A program made the position numbers and the translations under genes. A model generated the notes under the pieces. It did no database searches and was not told where the DNA came from. It saw nothing but the letters and a program-made list of their open reading frames with translations. From Oscillospiraceae bacterium (GTDB taxonomy: Bacteria; Bacillota; Clostridia; Oscillospirales; Oscillospiraceae): DNA of 64,000 nucleotides. Each line of letters begins with the position of its first letter. Position 1 is the stretch's first letter. The stretch is from positions 37,414 through 101,413 of the forward strand of contig JAYFNM010000057.1 of NCBI GenBank assembly GCA_034933465.1, given 5' to 3'. This document shows, piece by piece, positions 1-8,338 of the stretch.

Positions 1-1053
1 CTTCAGCTGTCCATGTGCCGCCTGAGCGCGGCGGAGAGAGCCATCGGGCTCGAGATCATCGGCGACCTCGACGACAGCGGATATTTTGTCGGCAATCTGG
101 AGACCATATGTCTGCTCTACCGCAGCAGCATGGAGACGGGGAAAAAGGTCCTGTCGCTGATACACGGCTTTCAGCCGAAGGGCATCGCCGCGCGCGACGT
201 CTATGAGGCGCTCTGCCTGCAGGTTGAGGACAGCTTCCCCTATCCGGAGCTCGCGAGAAGGATAATCCGCGAGGAGCTGCGCGCGCTCTGCGAGGGCGAG
301 AGCGGCGTTACGGCCTGCGCCGCGAAATACGGCGCGCCGGCCGAGCGCGTCCGCCGCTGCTTCGACTATATACGCACGCTCGAGCCGCGCCCCGGCAACT
401 GCGGCGAGAGGCCGCTGCAAATAAACTATATCATACCCGACATAGTTGTCAAAAAAACCGACGGGGAGCTGCTGGTCTATGTCTCGGGCGAGGCGGAAAA
501 CCCCCTGCGCGTGAACGACTACTATCTTGAGCTGCTGCGCAGGCCGGGTCTCGGCGCCGACGAGAAGCGCTACCTCCGCCAGAGCCTGAACTCGGCCACG
601 GCGCTCATACACAGCGTCGATATCCGGCGCCAGACCATACACCGGGCGGCGCTGTCGCTGGTCTCCCTGCAGGGGGACTTCTTCCGCGGCGGCCCGAAGC
701 TGCTTCGCCCGCTGACGATGCGGCAGCTCGCGGACGACATGGGCGTCAACGTGTCCACGGTCAGCCGCGTGGTGCAGGACAAATATGTCTCTACCCCCTG
801 GGGCATATTCCCGCTGAAATATTTTTTTGTGCGCGCGCTCAAGGGCGCGGACGAGACCGAAGTCTCGGCCGAGGCCGCCAAAACGCGCATTGCCGAGCTG
901 ATAAACGCCGAGGACGCGGCAAGCCCCCTGACCGACGACGAGCTTTGCGCGGCGCTCGGCCGCGAGGGCTATCCGATCTCGCGGAGGACGGTCTCGAAAT
1001 ACCGGCAGGCCGCCGGGATACCCGGCTGCTTAAAGCGCAGGAGAGGGAGATAG
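1..1053 (+). CDS. rpoN: RNA polymerase sigma-54 factor RpoN, C-terminal ~350 aa (5' end outside window)
   Basis: The frame of ORF 13..1053 is open from nt 1. It has a DNA-binding HTH (LTMRQLADDMGVNVSTVSRVV) and an RpoN box (ISRRTVSKYR) near the C-terminus. TAG stop at 1051-1053. Confidence 0.85.
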   Translation, partial: LQLSMCRLSAAERAIGLEIIGDLDDSGYFVGNLETICLLYRSSMETGKKVLSLIHGFQPKGIAARDVYEALCLQVEDSFPYPELARRIIREELRALCEGESGVTACAAKYGAPAERVRRCFDYIRTLEPRPGNCGERPLQINYIIPDIVVKKTDGELLVYVSGEAENPLRVNDYYLELLRRPGLGADEKRYLRQSLNSATALIHSVDIRRQTIHRAALSLVSLQGDFFRGGPKLLRPLTMRQLADDMGVNVSTVSRVVQDKYVSTPWGIFPLKYFFVRALKGADETEVSAEAAKTRIAELINAEDAASPLTDDELCAALGREGYPISRRTVSKYRQAAGIPGCLKRRRGR

Positions 1054-1055
1054 GC

Positions 1056-3077
1056 ATGGAATACGACAGAGCCGCCGTGCTGGAGGCTTGGAAAAAAGCC
1101 GTGAACCGCGGCGTCATAGACACCGCGAAGCTCCGCCCGGAGATAGCCCGCGCCTGGGCGCGCTGTATGAGCCTCGGGGTGGACCCCTGGTCGTCCGATT
1201 TTTCAAAGTCGGACGAGGCGCTGCTGGCCTCCATGCGCCGCAGGCACGCCGCCGTCATGGAGGCCGCAAGCCCCGTGCTGCAATATCTGCTGACGCTCTT
1301 CAACTGCAACGCGAGCATCGCGGACATGCACGGCTTCGTCTTCGACCTGGTCACGCCCCTGTCCGCCTATCCGAGGACGCTCGGCACCTATGTGACCGAG
1401 CCGCTCACCGGCTGCGGCAACATCACCATCACCATCCAGGACAGAAAGCCCTGCCGCGTGGACGGCTACGAGCACTACCGCGCCATATCGCAGAACTATT
1501 CCGGCGTCGCCGCGCTCATCCGCGGCGTCGGCAGCGAGGAATACGTCCTGTGCATCAACGACCCCTTCGTCGCCCTGCCGCAAAACGCGCTCAAGCTGTG
1601 CGTGGCCGCGGCGGCGCTGGTGGAGAAGCTGGGCGCGTCCCGTCGCGAGGCCTTCAGCCACCTCTCCTCCGCCGCGTTCTTTGACCCTGTGATCGAGAGC
1701 GATTCCCTCGCCGTCATAGTCACCGACCCGGACGGCATGGTGCTCACAGCCAACTCCATCGGGAAAAAGGCGCTCTCCGGCTTTGAAAAATATCCCTACG
1801 GCTCCCGCTCGCTCGGCGAATACCTCAAGAACAGGCAGCAGCTCCCCGCGCTGCTGGACGAGGGCGACGGCGCGCTCCCCGAGGAGGACGTGGCCTTCAA
1901 GGGCGCCGGGCGCGGAAAGGGCTTCGGCATGAAGCTGCTCCGCCGCCGCCGCATAGACCTCATAAACGGCACAAAAAACTGCGTGCTGGTCTTTGAAAGC
2001 CCCGTCGAGGCCGAGACGCCCGAGCCCGCGCCGCTGCTGCGCGACGTGGGGCACAGCAGCGACTATATCGGCCAGAGCCCCCAGTGGCGCAAGGTGGACG
2101 AGCTGATACGCAGCGTGGCCGTGCACCGCTCGAACGTGATGATAATGGGCGACACCGGCACCGGCAAGGAGGTCGCGGCCCGGGCGCTGCACCGCATGAG
2201 CGGGCGCACCGGGGAATTTGTGGCCATAAACTGCGGCGCGCTGCCGCGCGACCTGCTCGCGAGCGAGCTGTTCGGCTACGAGGGCGGAGCATTCACCGGC
2301 GCGCGCTCCTCGGGCGCGAAGGGCAAGTTTGAATATGCCAACGGCGGCACGCTGTTTTTCGACGAGATAGGCGACATGCCGATAGACATGCAGGTCTCCC
2401 TGCTGCGCGTGCTGCAGGAGCAGAGCGTGACGCGCATCGGCGCGAACAAGTCCATCCCGATAAACGTGCGCGTCGTCGCCGCGACGAATCAGGACCTGCA
2501 AAAGCTCATCTCCGAGGGCAAGTTCCGCTCCGATCTGTGGTACAGGCTCAGCGTGATAGAGATATACCTCCCGCGCCTTTCCGAGCGCGAGGGCGACGTG
2601 GCGCTGCTGGCCGAATACTTCAACCAGACGCTGAGCCAATCCCTGAACATGGGCAGCTCGCTCCTGTCCGGCGACGTGCTGGATTTTCTGGACGGCTACA
2701 GCTGGCCGGGCAATGTGCGCGAGCTGAAAAACGTTATGGAAAAGGCGCTCATCGTCTCCAACGGCAGACCCCTGCGCGTGGAGGATTTCCCGAACTACAT
2801 GTCCCCCGGCCGCGAGCCCGCCGCCGCGGAGGCCTCCCAGCGCGAGCCACGGCGCATATTCGCGGGCGAGGCGGAGACGCCGCCGGCCGGCGGAGCGCTC
2901 TCCGGCAAAAAAATGCGCGACGAGCTGGAGCGCGAGAAGATAGTGCGCATACTCAGCGAGGAGCAGGGCAATATCTCGCGCTCGGCAAAGCGGCTGAACA
3001 TTTCGCGCAACACTTTGTACCGCAAGATAGAAAAGCTGGACATCCGCATAAAGGTGCAGGCCTTCGCCGACAAGTGA
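1056..3077 (+). CDS. sigma-54-dependent transcriptional activator (bacterial enhancer-binding protein) with a ~330-aa N-terminal sensory region
   Basis: ATG 1056 follows the SD GGAGAGGGAGA, 2 nt after the rpoN stop. AAA+ core has Walker A GDTGTGKE, the GAFTGA loop ([13 protein letters not shown]) and Walker [10 protein letters not shown]-terminal Fis-type HTH is [14 protein letters not shown]. Confidence 0.9.
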   Translation: MEYDRAAVLEAWKKAVNRGVIDTAKLRPEIARAWARCMSLGVDPWSSDFSKSDEALLASMRRRHAAVMEAASPVLQYLLTLFNCNASIADMHGFVFDLVTPLSAYPRTLGTYVTEPLTGCGNITITIQDRKPCRVDGYEHYRAISQNYSGVAALIRGVGSEEYVLCINDPFVALPQNALKLCVAAAALVEKLGASRREAFSHLSSAAFFDPVIESDSLAVIVTDPDGMVLTANSIGKKALSGFEKYPYGSRSLGEYLKNRQQLPALLDEGDGALPEEDVAFKGAGRGKGFGMKLLRRRRIDLINGTKNCVLVFESPVEAETPEPAPLLRDVGHSSDYIGQSPQWRKVDELIRSVAVHRSNVMIMGDTGTGKEVAARALHRMSGRTGEFVAINCGALPRDLLASELFGYEGGAFTGARSSGAKGKFEYANGGTLFFDEIGDMPIDMQVSLLRVLQEQSVTRIGANKSIPINVRVVAATNQDLQKLISEGKFRSDLWYRLSVIEIYLPRLSEREGDVALLAEYFNQTLSQSLNMGSSLLSGDVLDFLDGYSWPGNVRELKNVMEKALIVSNGRPLRVEDFPNYMSPGREPAAAEASQREPRRIFAGEAETPPAGGALSGKKMRDELEREKIVRILSEEQGNISRSAKRLNISRNTLYRKIEKLDIRIKVQAFADK

Positions 3078-3154
3078 CCCGCGGCGGCGACCGCTCGGAA
3101 CGCCGTCAAGGCTTTCCCTGCCGCCTCTCCCGGGTATGCGCTCACTGAAATCAA

Positions 3155-3247
3155 CCTGTCATCCTGAGCGGAGCGAAGGATCTTTCCACAATGCCGCTCA
3201 GCGCGCGAAACCGCTCCTTCGCTCCGCTCAGGATGACAGGTTTTTTT
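3155..3247 (+). terminator. long-stem intrinsic terminator built from a palindromic repeat unit
   Basis: A perfect 26-bp inverted repeat, CCTGTCATCCTGAGCGGAGCGAAGGA (3155-3180) and TCCTTCGCTCCGCTCAGGATGACAGG (3215-3240), is followed by T7 (3241-3247). It lies 78 nt after the activator stop. The same unit recurs at 38091-38124 and 38282-38314. Confidence 0.65.
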
Positions 3248-3316
3248 CGCGGCGCTCTCAGGTCGCGCCGCCCCACAGTGGGCGGGCATTGTTTATTTTG
3301 TGTTCTACCCCGGCCG

Positions 3317-3333
3317 CGGCATACAATTTGCAT
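3317..3333 (+). promoter_or_regulatory. candidate sigma-54 (-24/-12) promoter
   Basis: Sequence is CGGCATacaatTTGCAT. GG at 3318-3319 and GC at 3330-3331 have the canonical 10-nt separation (consensus TGGCAC-N5-TTGCW). The site is about 70 nt upstream of ATG 3402, and rpoN plus an EBP are encoded immediately upstream. Confidence 0.6.
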
Positions 3334-3401
3334 GTAAAGCGGTGTGAATACAGTCAGGCCTCCCGCGCCCCGCGCGAAGGCCGTTTACGGAGGTAGAAAG
3401 C

Positions 3402-4784
3402 ATGTTTGAAAAGGTTTCAGCGCAGCTCGTCTCGCGCCTGAGAGCGCTTGTGGGTGAAAAGCGCGTGCTGACCGGAGACGCCATCGGCGCCGATTACGGC
3501 CATGACGAGCTGCCGAACAGCGTCTCCCATCTGCCCGAGGCCGTTGTGGAGGCCGGCTCCACGGACGACGTCGCCGCCGTCATGAAGCTCTGCGGCGAGT
3601 TTAACATCCCCGTGACCGTGCGCGGCGCGGGCACAGGCCGGGCGGGCGGCTCCGTCCCCGTAGAGGGCGGCGTGCTGCTGTCGCTCAGAGAGCTGAACTC
3701 CATCCTCGCCTTTGACGCCGAGGCGCGTCTTCTCACAGTCCAGCCGGGCGTGCTGCTACAGGACGTCAAGGCGGAGGCCGCAAGGCACGGCCTGTACTAT
3801 CCCCCGGACCCCGGCGAGAAGACCGCCACCATCGGCGGCAACGCCTCCACCGACGCCTCCGGCCCCTGCGCCGTGAAATACGGCGGCACGCGCGCCTACA
3901 TAGCGGACGCGCTCTGCGTCCTTGCGGACGGCTCCGCCGCCCGTCTCTCCGGCAACGCGGCGCTCGCCGCCGTCATCGGCAGCGAGGGTACGCTCGCCGT
4001 CATAACCGAGCTCACGCTGAGGCTGGTCGAAAAGCCCGGGTGCGAGGTGATCCTGCTTCTGCCCTTCGCCGATGCCGGGAGCTGCCTTGCGGCCGCCGGG
4101 AAGATACTCGCGGCCGGCCTCGACCCGGCCGTGCTCGAATACCTCGACACGGACATCGTGGAGTTCTCCGGCAGGGTGACGGGCGAGCCGGTCTTCCCCG
4201 TCGAGATGGACGGGGAGCGCGTCGGCGCGACGCTGATGGTCACGCTCGAGGCCGGTGACGACGACGCGCTCGACGGCAAAATGGAGGCTGTCGCGGAGCT
4301 CGCGGAGGAGCTTGAGTGCCTCGACATCCTCGTCGTCGATACGCCCACGCTAAAGCGCAGCGTCTGGGACGCGCACGACGCCTTCCACACCGCCATGGAG
4401 AGCGGCGCGAAATGCGCGGACGAGATAAACCTCGCTATAGCGCCCGATAAGCTCGCGGAGCTCATCGGCTTTGCCAAAGCGGAGGGCGAAGAGCGCGGCC
4501 TCAGAGCGCTGTGCTACGCCCACGCGGGCAGCGGCGGAGTACACATCCACGCGGTATCCGACGGCGCGAAGGACGAATTTCTCCCGGCGATGGCGGCCTT
4601 CAATGCCGCCGTGTGCGCCAGGTGCGCGCAGCTTGGCGGCGACCTCGGCGGCGAATACGGGCTGGGCTACGCGAAGAGAGCCTGCCTCAAGGCCGCGCTC
4701 GGCGATGAAAAATACGGCGAGCTCGTCTCCCGCAAGACCTTTTTTGACCCCAAGGGCATTCTCAACCCCGGAAAGATCATATAA
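3402..4784 (+). CDS. FAD-linked oxidase/dehydrogenase, GlcD/LctD (lactate/glycolate/2-hydroxyacid dehydrogenase) family
   Basis: 460 aa with a PCMH-type FAD-binding domain (VRGAGTGRAGGSVPVEGGVLLSL) and a GlcD-like C-terminal half. SD GGAGG precedes the ATG. etfB and etfA follow directly. Confidence 0.85.
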   Translation: MFEKVSAQLVSRLRALVGEKRVLTGDAIGADYGHDELPNSVSHLPEAVVEAGSTDDVAAVMKLCGEFNIPVTVRGAGTGRAGGSVPVEGGVLLSLRELNSILAFDAEARLLTVQPGVLLQDVKAEAARHGLYYPPDPGEKTATIGGNASTDASGPCAVKYGGTRAYIADALCVLADGSAARLSGNAALAAVIGSEGTLAVITELTLRLVEKPGCEVILLLPFADAGSCLAAAGKILAAGLDPAVLEYLDTDIVEFSGRVTGEPVFPVEMDGERVGATLMVTLEAGDDDALDGKMEAVAELAEELECLDILVVDTPTLKRSVWDAHDAFHTAMESGAKCADEINLAIAPDKLAELIGFAKAEGEERGLRALCYAHAGSGGVHIHAVSDGAKDEFLPAMAAFNAAVCARCAQLGGDLGGEYGLGYAKRACLKAALGDEKYGELVSRKTFFDPKGILNPGKII

Positions 4785-4815
4785 AGCCCACTATAATCGA
4801 AAGGACTGAACCGAA

Positions 4816-5604
4816 TTGCTCAAAATTCTCGTGTGTGTAAAGCAGGTCCCCGACGTTGACCAGATGCGTATGGACCCCGCCACCGGCAACCTCATCCGCG
4901 CGGGCGTGCCCGCCATCCTCAACCCGCTCGACGCGAACGCCCTGTCGGCCGCCGTCAAGGTCAAGGAGACCTGCGGAGCGGAGATAACCCTCATCACCAT
5001 GGGCCCGCCGGCCGCCGAGGCGGCGCTGCGCGAATGCCTGGCCGTCGGCGCGGACAAGGCCGTCCTCGTCACCGACAGAGCCTTTGGCAACGCCGACACT
5101 CTGGCCACCAGCTACTCCATCGTCTCCGCCGCGAACACCGTCGATAAATACGACCTCATCTTCTGCGGCAAGGAAACCCTCGACGGCGCGACCGGCCAGA
5201 TGGGCTCCCAGCTTGCCGAACGCTTTGACGCCGCGCAGATAACCAGCGCCTCGCTCATAAAGGAGATAGACCCCGAAAACGGCACGCTCGTCGTCGAGCG
5301 CGAGCTCGAGACCGGCGTCGAGACGCTGAGGGTCAAAATGCCCTGCCTCTTCACCATGGAGAAGACCAATTATCCCGTCCGCATCCCGAACCTCAAGGGC
5401 AAGCTCGCCGCAAAGAAGGCGCAGATCCTGACCGTCACCGCCGCCGATATCCCCGGCCTCGACCGCGAGCGCATAGGCGACGCGGGTTCCCCGACGAAGG
5501 TGCCCCGGATGTTCCCGCCCGTCATGCCGGAGCCCGGCGTGATACTCGACGAGGGCAGCGCGGAGGCGAACGCCGCGAAGCTGCTCGCGCTGATAAAGGA
5601 ATGA
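4816..5604 (+). CDS. etfB: electron transfer flavoprotein beta subunit
   Basis: 262 aa. The N-terminus (M)LKILVCVKQVPD is typical of EtfB. TTG start. Confidence 0.9.
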   Translation: MLKILVCVKQVPDVDQMRMDPATGNLIRAGVPAILNPLDANALSAAVKVKETCGAEITLITMGPPAAEAALRECLAVGADKAVLVTDRAFGNADTLATSYSIVSAANTVDKYDLIFCGKETLDGATGQMGSQLAERFDAAQITSASLIKEIDPENGTLVVERELETGVETLRVKMPCLFTMEKTNYPVRIPNLKGKLAAKKAQILTVTAADIPGLDRERIGDAGSPTKVPRMFPPVMPEPGVILDEGSAEANAAKLLALIKE

Positions 5605-5616
5605 GGAGGCACCGAA

Positions 5617-6609
5617 ATGGATAAGAAAAGCTTCAAGGATATGTGGGTCTATATCGAGCACGACGGCGCGGCCGTCCACCCGGTGGCTCTCGAGCTGTGC
5701 TGCGAGGCCAGAAAGCTCTGCGACCAGTCCGGCGACGCGCTCGTGGCGGTGGCCGCGGGCTCTCTGCCCGAGAGCGAGCTTGAGAAGATAAAGGCCTGCG
5801 GCATAGACGCCCTGATCCTCGTCTCCGGCGAGGGCTACGACCGATACAACACCGAGGCCTACACGAACCTCTTCACCGAGCTCTGCAAAAAATACAGCCC
5901 CTCCGCCGTCTTTGTCGGCGGGACGACGAACGGCCGCGATTTCGCGCCCCGCTTCGCCGCCCGGCTCGAGACCGGCTGCACCAGCGACGCGACCGAGCTG
6001 ATATATAACCCCGAGACCACCGACATCGAGTTCGTCGAACCTGCGGCCGGTGGCAAGATAATGGCCGTCATCACCATCCCCGTGCTCCGCCCCCAGGTCG
6101 GCACCATCCGCCCCGGCACCTTCAAATACGCCCCCACAGGCGCGAGGAAGGACGTCCGCGTCATAAAGGAGAGCATCTCCTTCCCCGCCGCCGACATCCG
6201 CACCGAGCTGCTCGGCTTCAAGGCGGACGCCTTCGACCCCGAGCTCGACATCGCCGACTGCGAGACCCTCGTCTGCATCGGCAACGGCGTTAAAGAGGAG
6301 AGCCTCGGCAAGTACAGGGAGCTCGCGAAGCTGCTCGGCGGCAAGCTCGCTTGCACAAGGCCGGTCGTCGATCGCGAGCTGCTGCCCTACAAGCTGCAGG
6401 TCGGCCAGTCCGGCGTGATGACAAAGCCCAAGCTCTACATAGGCTTCGGCATCTCCGGCGCCGTCAACCACGTCACTGGCGTGGACGCGGAGAAGTTCAT
6501 CGCCGTCAACAAGGACCCCGACGCGCCCATATTTAACTACTGCGATTACGGCATAGTCGGCGACATGGACGCGGTTTGCGACGCGATGCTGAGCATTCTC
6601 AAGGCCTGA
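5617..6609 (+). CDS. etfA: electron transfer flavoprotein alpha subunit
   Basis: 330 aa with the C-terminal FAD-binding block PKLYIGFGISGAVNHVTG. Starts 12 nt after etfB. Confidence 0.9.
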   Translation: MDKKSFKDMWVYIEHDGAAVHPVALELCCEARKLCDQSGDALVAVAAGSLPESELEKIKACGIDALILVSGEGYDRYNTEAYTNLFTELCKKYSPSAVFVGGTTNGRDFAPRFAARLETGCTSDATELIYNPETTDIEFVEPAAGGKIMAVITIPVLRPQVGTIRPGTFKYAPTGARKDVRVIKESISFPAADIRTELLGFKADAFDPELDIADCETLVCIGNGVKEESLGKYRELAKLLGGKLACTRPVVDRELLPYKLQVGQSGVMTKPKLYIGFGISGAVNHVTGVDAEKFIAVNKDPDAPIFNYCDYGIVGDMDAVCDAMLSILKA

Positions 6610-6630
6610 GCCTCTTCCTAAACAAGAAAA

Positions 6631-6660
6631 ACCGCCCCCGGACGAAAGTCCGGAGGCGGT
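6631..6660. terminator. bidirectional hairpin between convergent etfA and the sufBD-like gene
   Basis: ACCGCCCCCGGAC-gaaa-GTCCGGAGGCGGT forms a 13-bp stem with 1 mismatch. It is flanked by AAAA upstream and TTAATTTTT downstream. Confidence 0.6.
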
Positions 6661-6670
6661 TTAATTTTTC

Positions 6671-7588
6671 TCAATTCAAAAAGCCCTCTATTATCTTGGC
6701 CTCGGCCTCCTGCTCCGTCAGACCGAGAGTGCGCAGCTTCAAAATCTGCTCGCCCGCTATCTTGCCGATGGCGGCCTCATGGATGAGCGCGGCGTCGGTG
6801 TTGTGCGCCCAGAGCTGGGGCGCGGCGTCCACGGTGGCGGAGCCGGCAATGATGGCGTCGCACTCGGAGTGCCCGGTGCAGGGCGCGTTGCCGACGATGG
6901 TGGAGCAGTACTCCTGATGCGACTCATCCCGCGCGACCGAGCGCGAAATTATGTCCGCGCCGGAGCCCTCGCCGTTGAGCTCGACCTTGAATTCTGTCCG
7001 CGCCTGCTGGCTGTGCTCGGTGAGTATCCGCTCGCGGATGAGGAGCTTGCCGCCCTTCTCGACGGTCGCGGCGGTCTTTCTCAGGGTCTTGTCTACGCCG
7101 CCTATCTGCGCGGTGTCCATCTCGAGCACGGCGTCCTCGCCTATATGCGCCTCGGTCACGGGGTCGATGCTCCGCAGTCCCGCGCCCTTGCCGGTGCCGA
7201 GATGCTTCTCCTGATACAGCACGTGCGAGCCCTTCTCGAGGAAAAAGCGGTGGATGCCGTTATGCCGCGCGCTCTCTCCTGTCTCGGTGTGCACGCCGCA
7301 GCCGGCGACTATGACCACGTCCGCGCCCTCGCCGACATAGAAGTCGTTATACACCAGATCGTCCACGTTGCCGTGGGTGACGCAGGCGGGGATATAGACC
7401 CTGTCGCCCTTCGCGTGCGGCGCGATGCGGATGTTCAGCCCGGGATTGTCGGTCTTGCTCTCTATCTTTATATTGTCGCTCGACTGCCGGCCGGCGCAGG
7501 CGCCGTCCTCGCGGATGTTGAACGCGCCCTCGAACTTGCCCTCCCAGTCGGACACGGCCTTTAACAGCTCTTTCGTCACTTCATTCAT
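6671..7588 (-). CDS. SufB/SufD-family Fe-S cluster assembly scaffold-like protein (short form)
   Basis: 305 aa. The C-terminal SufBD signature is HEAAIGKIAGEQILKLRTLGLTEQEAEAKIIEGF. It overlaps the upstream ATPase gene by 8 nt. Confidence 0.8.
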   Translation of the reverse strand: MNEVTKELLKAVSDWEGKFEGAFNIREDGACAGRQSSDNIKIESKTDNPGLNIRIAPHAKGDRVYIPACVTHGNVDDLVYNDFYVGEGADVVIVAGCGVHTETGESARHNGIHRFFLEKGSHVLYQEKHLGTGKGAGLRSIDPVTEAHIGEDAVLEMDTAQIGGVDKTLRKTAATVEKGGKLLIRERILTEHSQQARTEFKVELNGEGSGADIISRSVARDESHQEYCSTIVGNAPCTGHSECDAIIAGSATVDAAPQLWAHNTDAALIHEAAIGKIAGEQILKLRTLGLTEQEAEAKIIEGFLN

Positions 7589-8309
7589 TGCACGCCGCCT
7601 CCCCTCTGCAGCAGCCCACGGCCGCGCTCTTGCCCTGGAGCACCGGGAGCATCTGCTCCCTTGCGCCGCTGGCCTGTATCGAGCCGCCCGCGAGCAGGAT
7701 TATCTCGTCCGCGATGCGCAGTATGCGCTCCTGATGGGAAATTATCATCAGGGTGCCCGTGAGATCCTTATGCATGTCGTTAAAGACGCCTATGAGGTTT
7801 TTAAAGCTCCACAGGTCTATGCCGGCCTCCGGCTCGTCGAAGAGCGAGAGGCGGGTGTGGCGGGCGATGACGGTCGCGATCTCGATGCGCTTTATCTCGC
7901 CGCCGGAGAGCGTCGCGTTGACCTCGCGGTCGATATAGTCCCTCGCGCAGAGACCCACCTTGCTCAGGATGTCGCACAGCCGCGCCTCGTCCTGCTCGCC
8001 GCCGGCGGCGGTGTCGATGAGCTGGCGCACGGTGATGCCCTTGAAGCGGACGGGCTGCTGGAAGGCGAAGCTCACGCCCCGTCTGGCGCGCCCGGTCACG
8101 TCGAGCCCGGTGATATCCTCGCCGTCGAGATATATGCGCCCCGCGCTGGGCTTTTCGATGCCCGCGATGATGCGGGCGAGCGTGGTCTTGCCGCTGCCGT
8201 TGGGCCCGGTTATCACCACGAGCTTCCCGTCGGGCACGGTCAGCTCCAGATCCTTCAGCACCGGCTTCCCGTCGGGCGAATTCCAGTCAATGTGTTCAAG
8301 CTTGAGCAT
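7581..8309 (-). CDS. SufC-like ABC ATPase
   Basis: 242 aa with Walker A GPNGSGKTT, signature LSGGEIKR and Walker B LSLFDEPEAGID. It has an unusual Cys-rich C-terminal tail, GCCRGEAACNE. Confidence 0.8.
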   Translation of the reverse strand: MLKLEHIDWNSPDGKPVLKDLELTVPDGKLVVITGPNGSGKTTLARIIAGIEKPSAGRIYLDGEDITGLDVTGRARRGVSFAFQQPVRFKGITVRQLIDTAAGGEQDEARLCDILSKVGLCARDYIDREVNATLSGGEIKRIEIATVIARHTRLSLFDEPEAGIDLWSFKNLIGVFNDMHKDLTGTLMIISHQERILRIADEIILLAGGSIQASGAREQMLPVLQGKSAAVGCCRGEAACNE

Positions 8310-8338
8310 GGTCTAAGACACCTCGTATAATAAAATTT

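Noticed and set aside
945-1055. N-terminal extension of the sigma-54 activator ORF, overlapping the end of rpoN
   Set aside because: The extension is Arg-rich, overlaps rpoN by more than 100 nt and has no SD. The ATG at 1056 sits behind GGAGAGGGAGA and begins the conserved N-terminal domain.
3136-3396. Small ORFs encoding ...CHPERSEGS... or ...SFAPLRMTG... peptides, also at 3151..3333, 38060..38452, 38069..38443, 38226..38480 and the N-terminus of 38268..39338
   Set aside because: These are translations of the palindromic repeat unit in either orientation. They overlap each other and the hairpins, and lack SD sequences. I treat them as repeat DNA, not genes.
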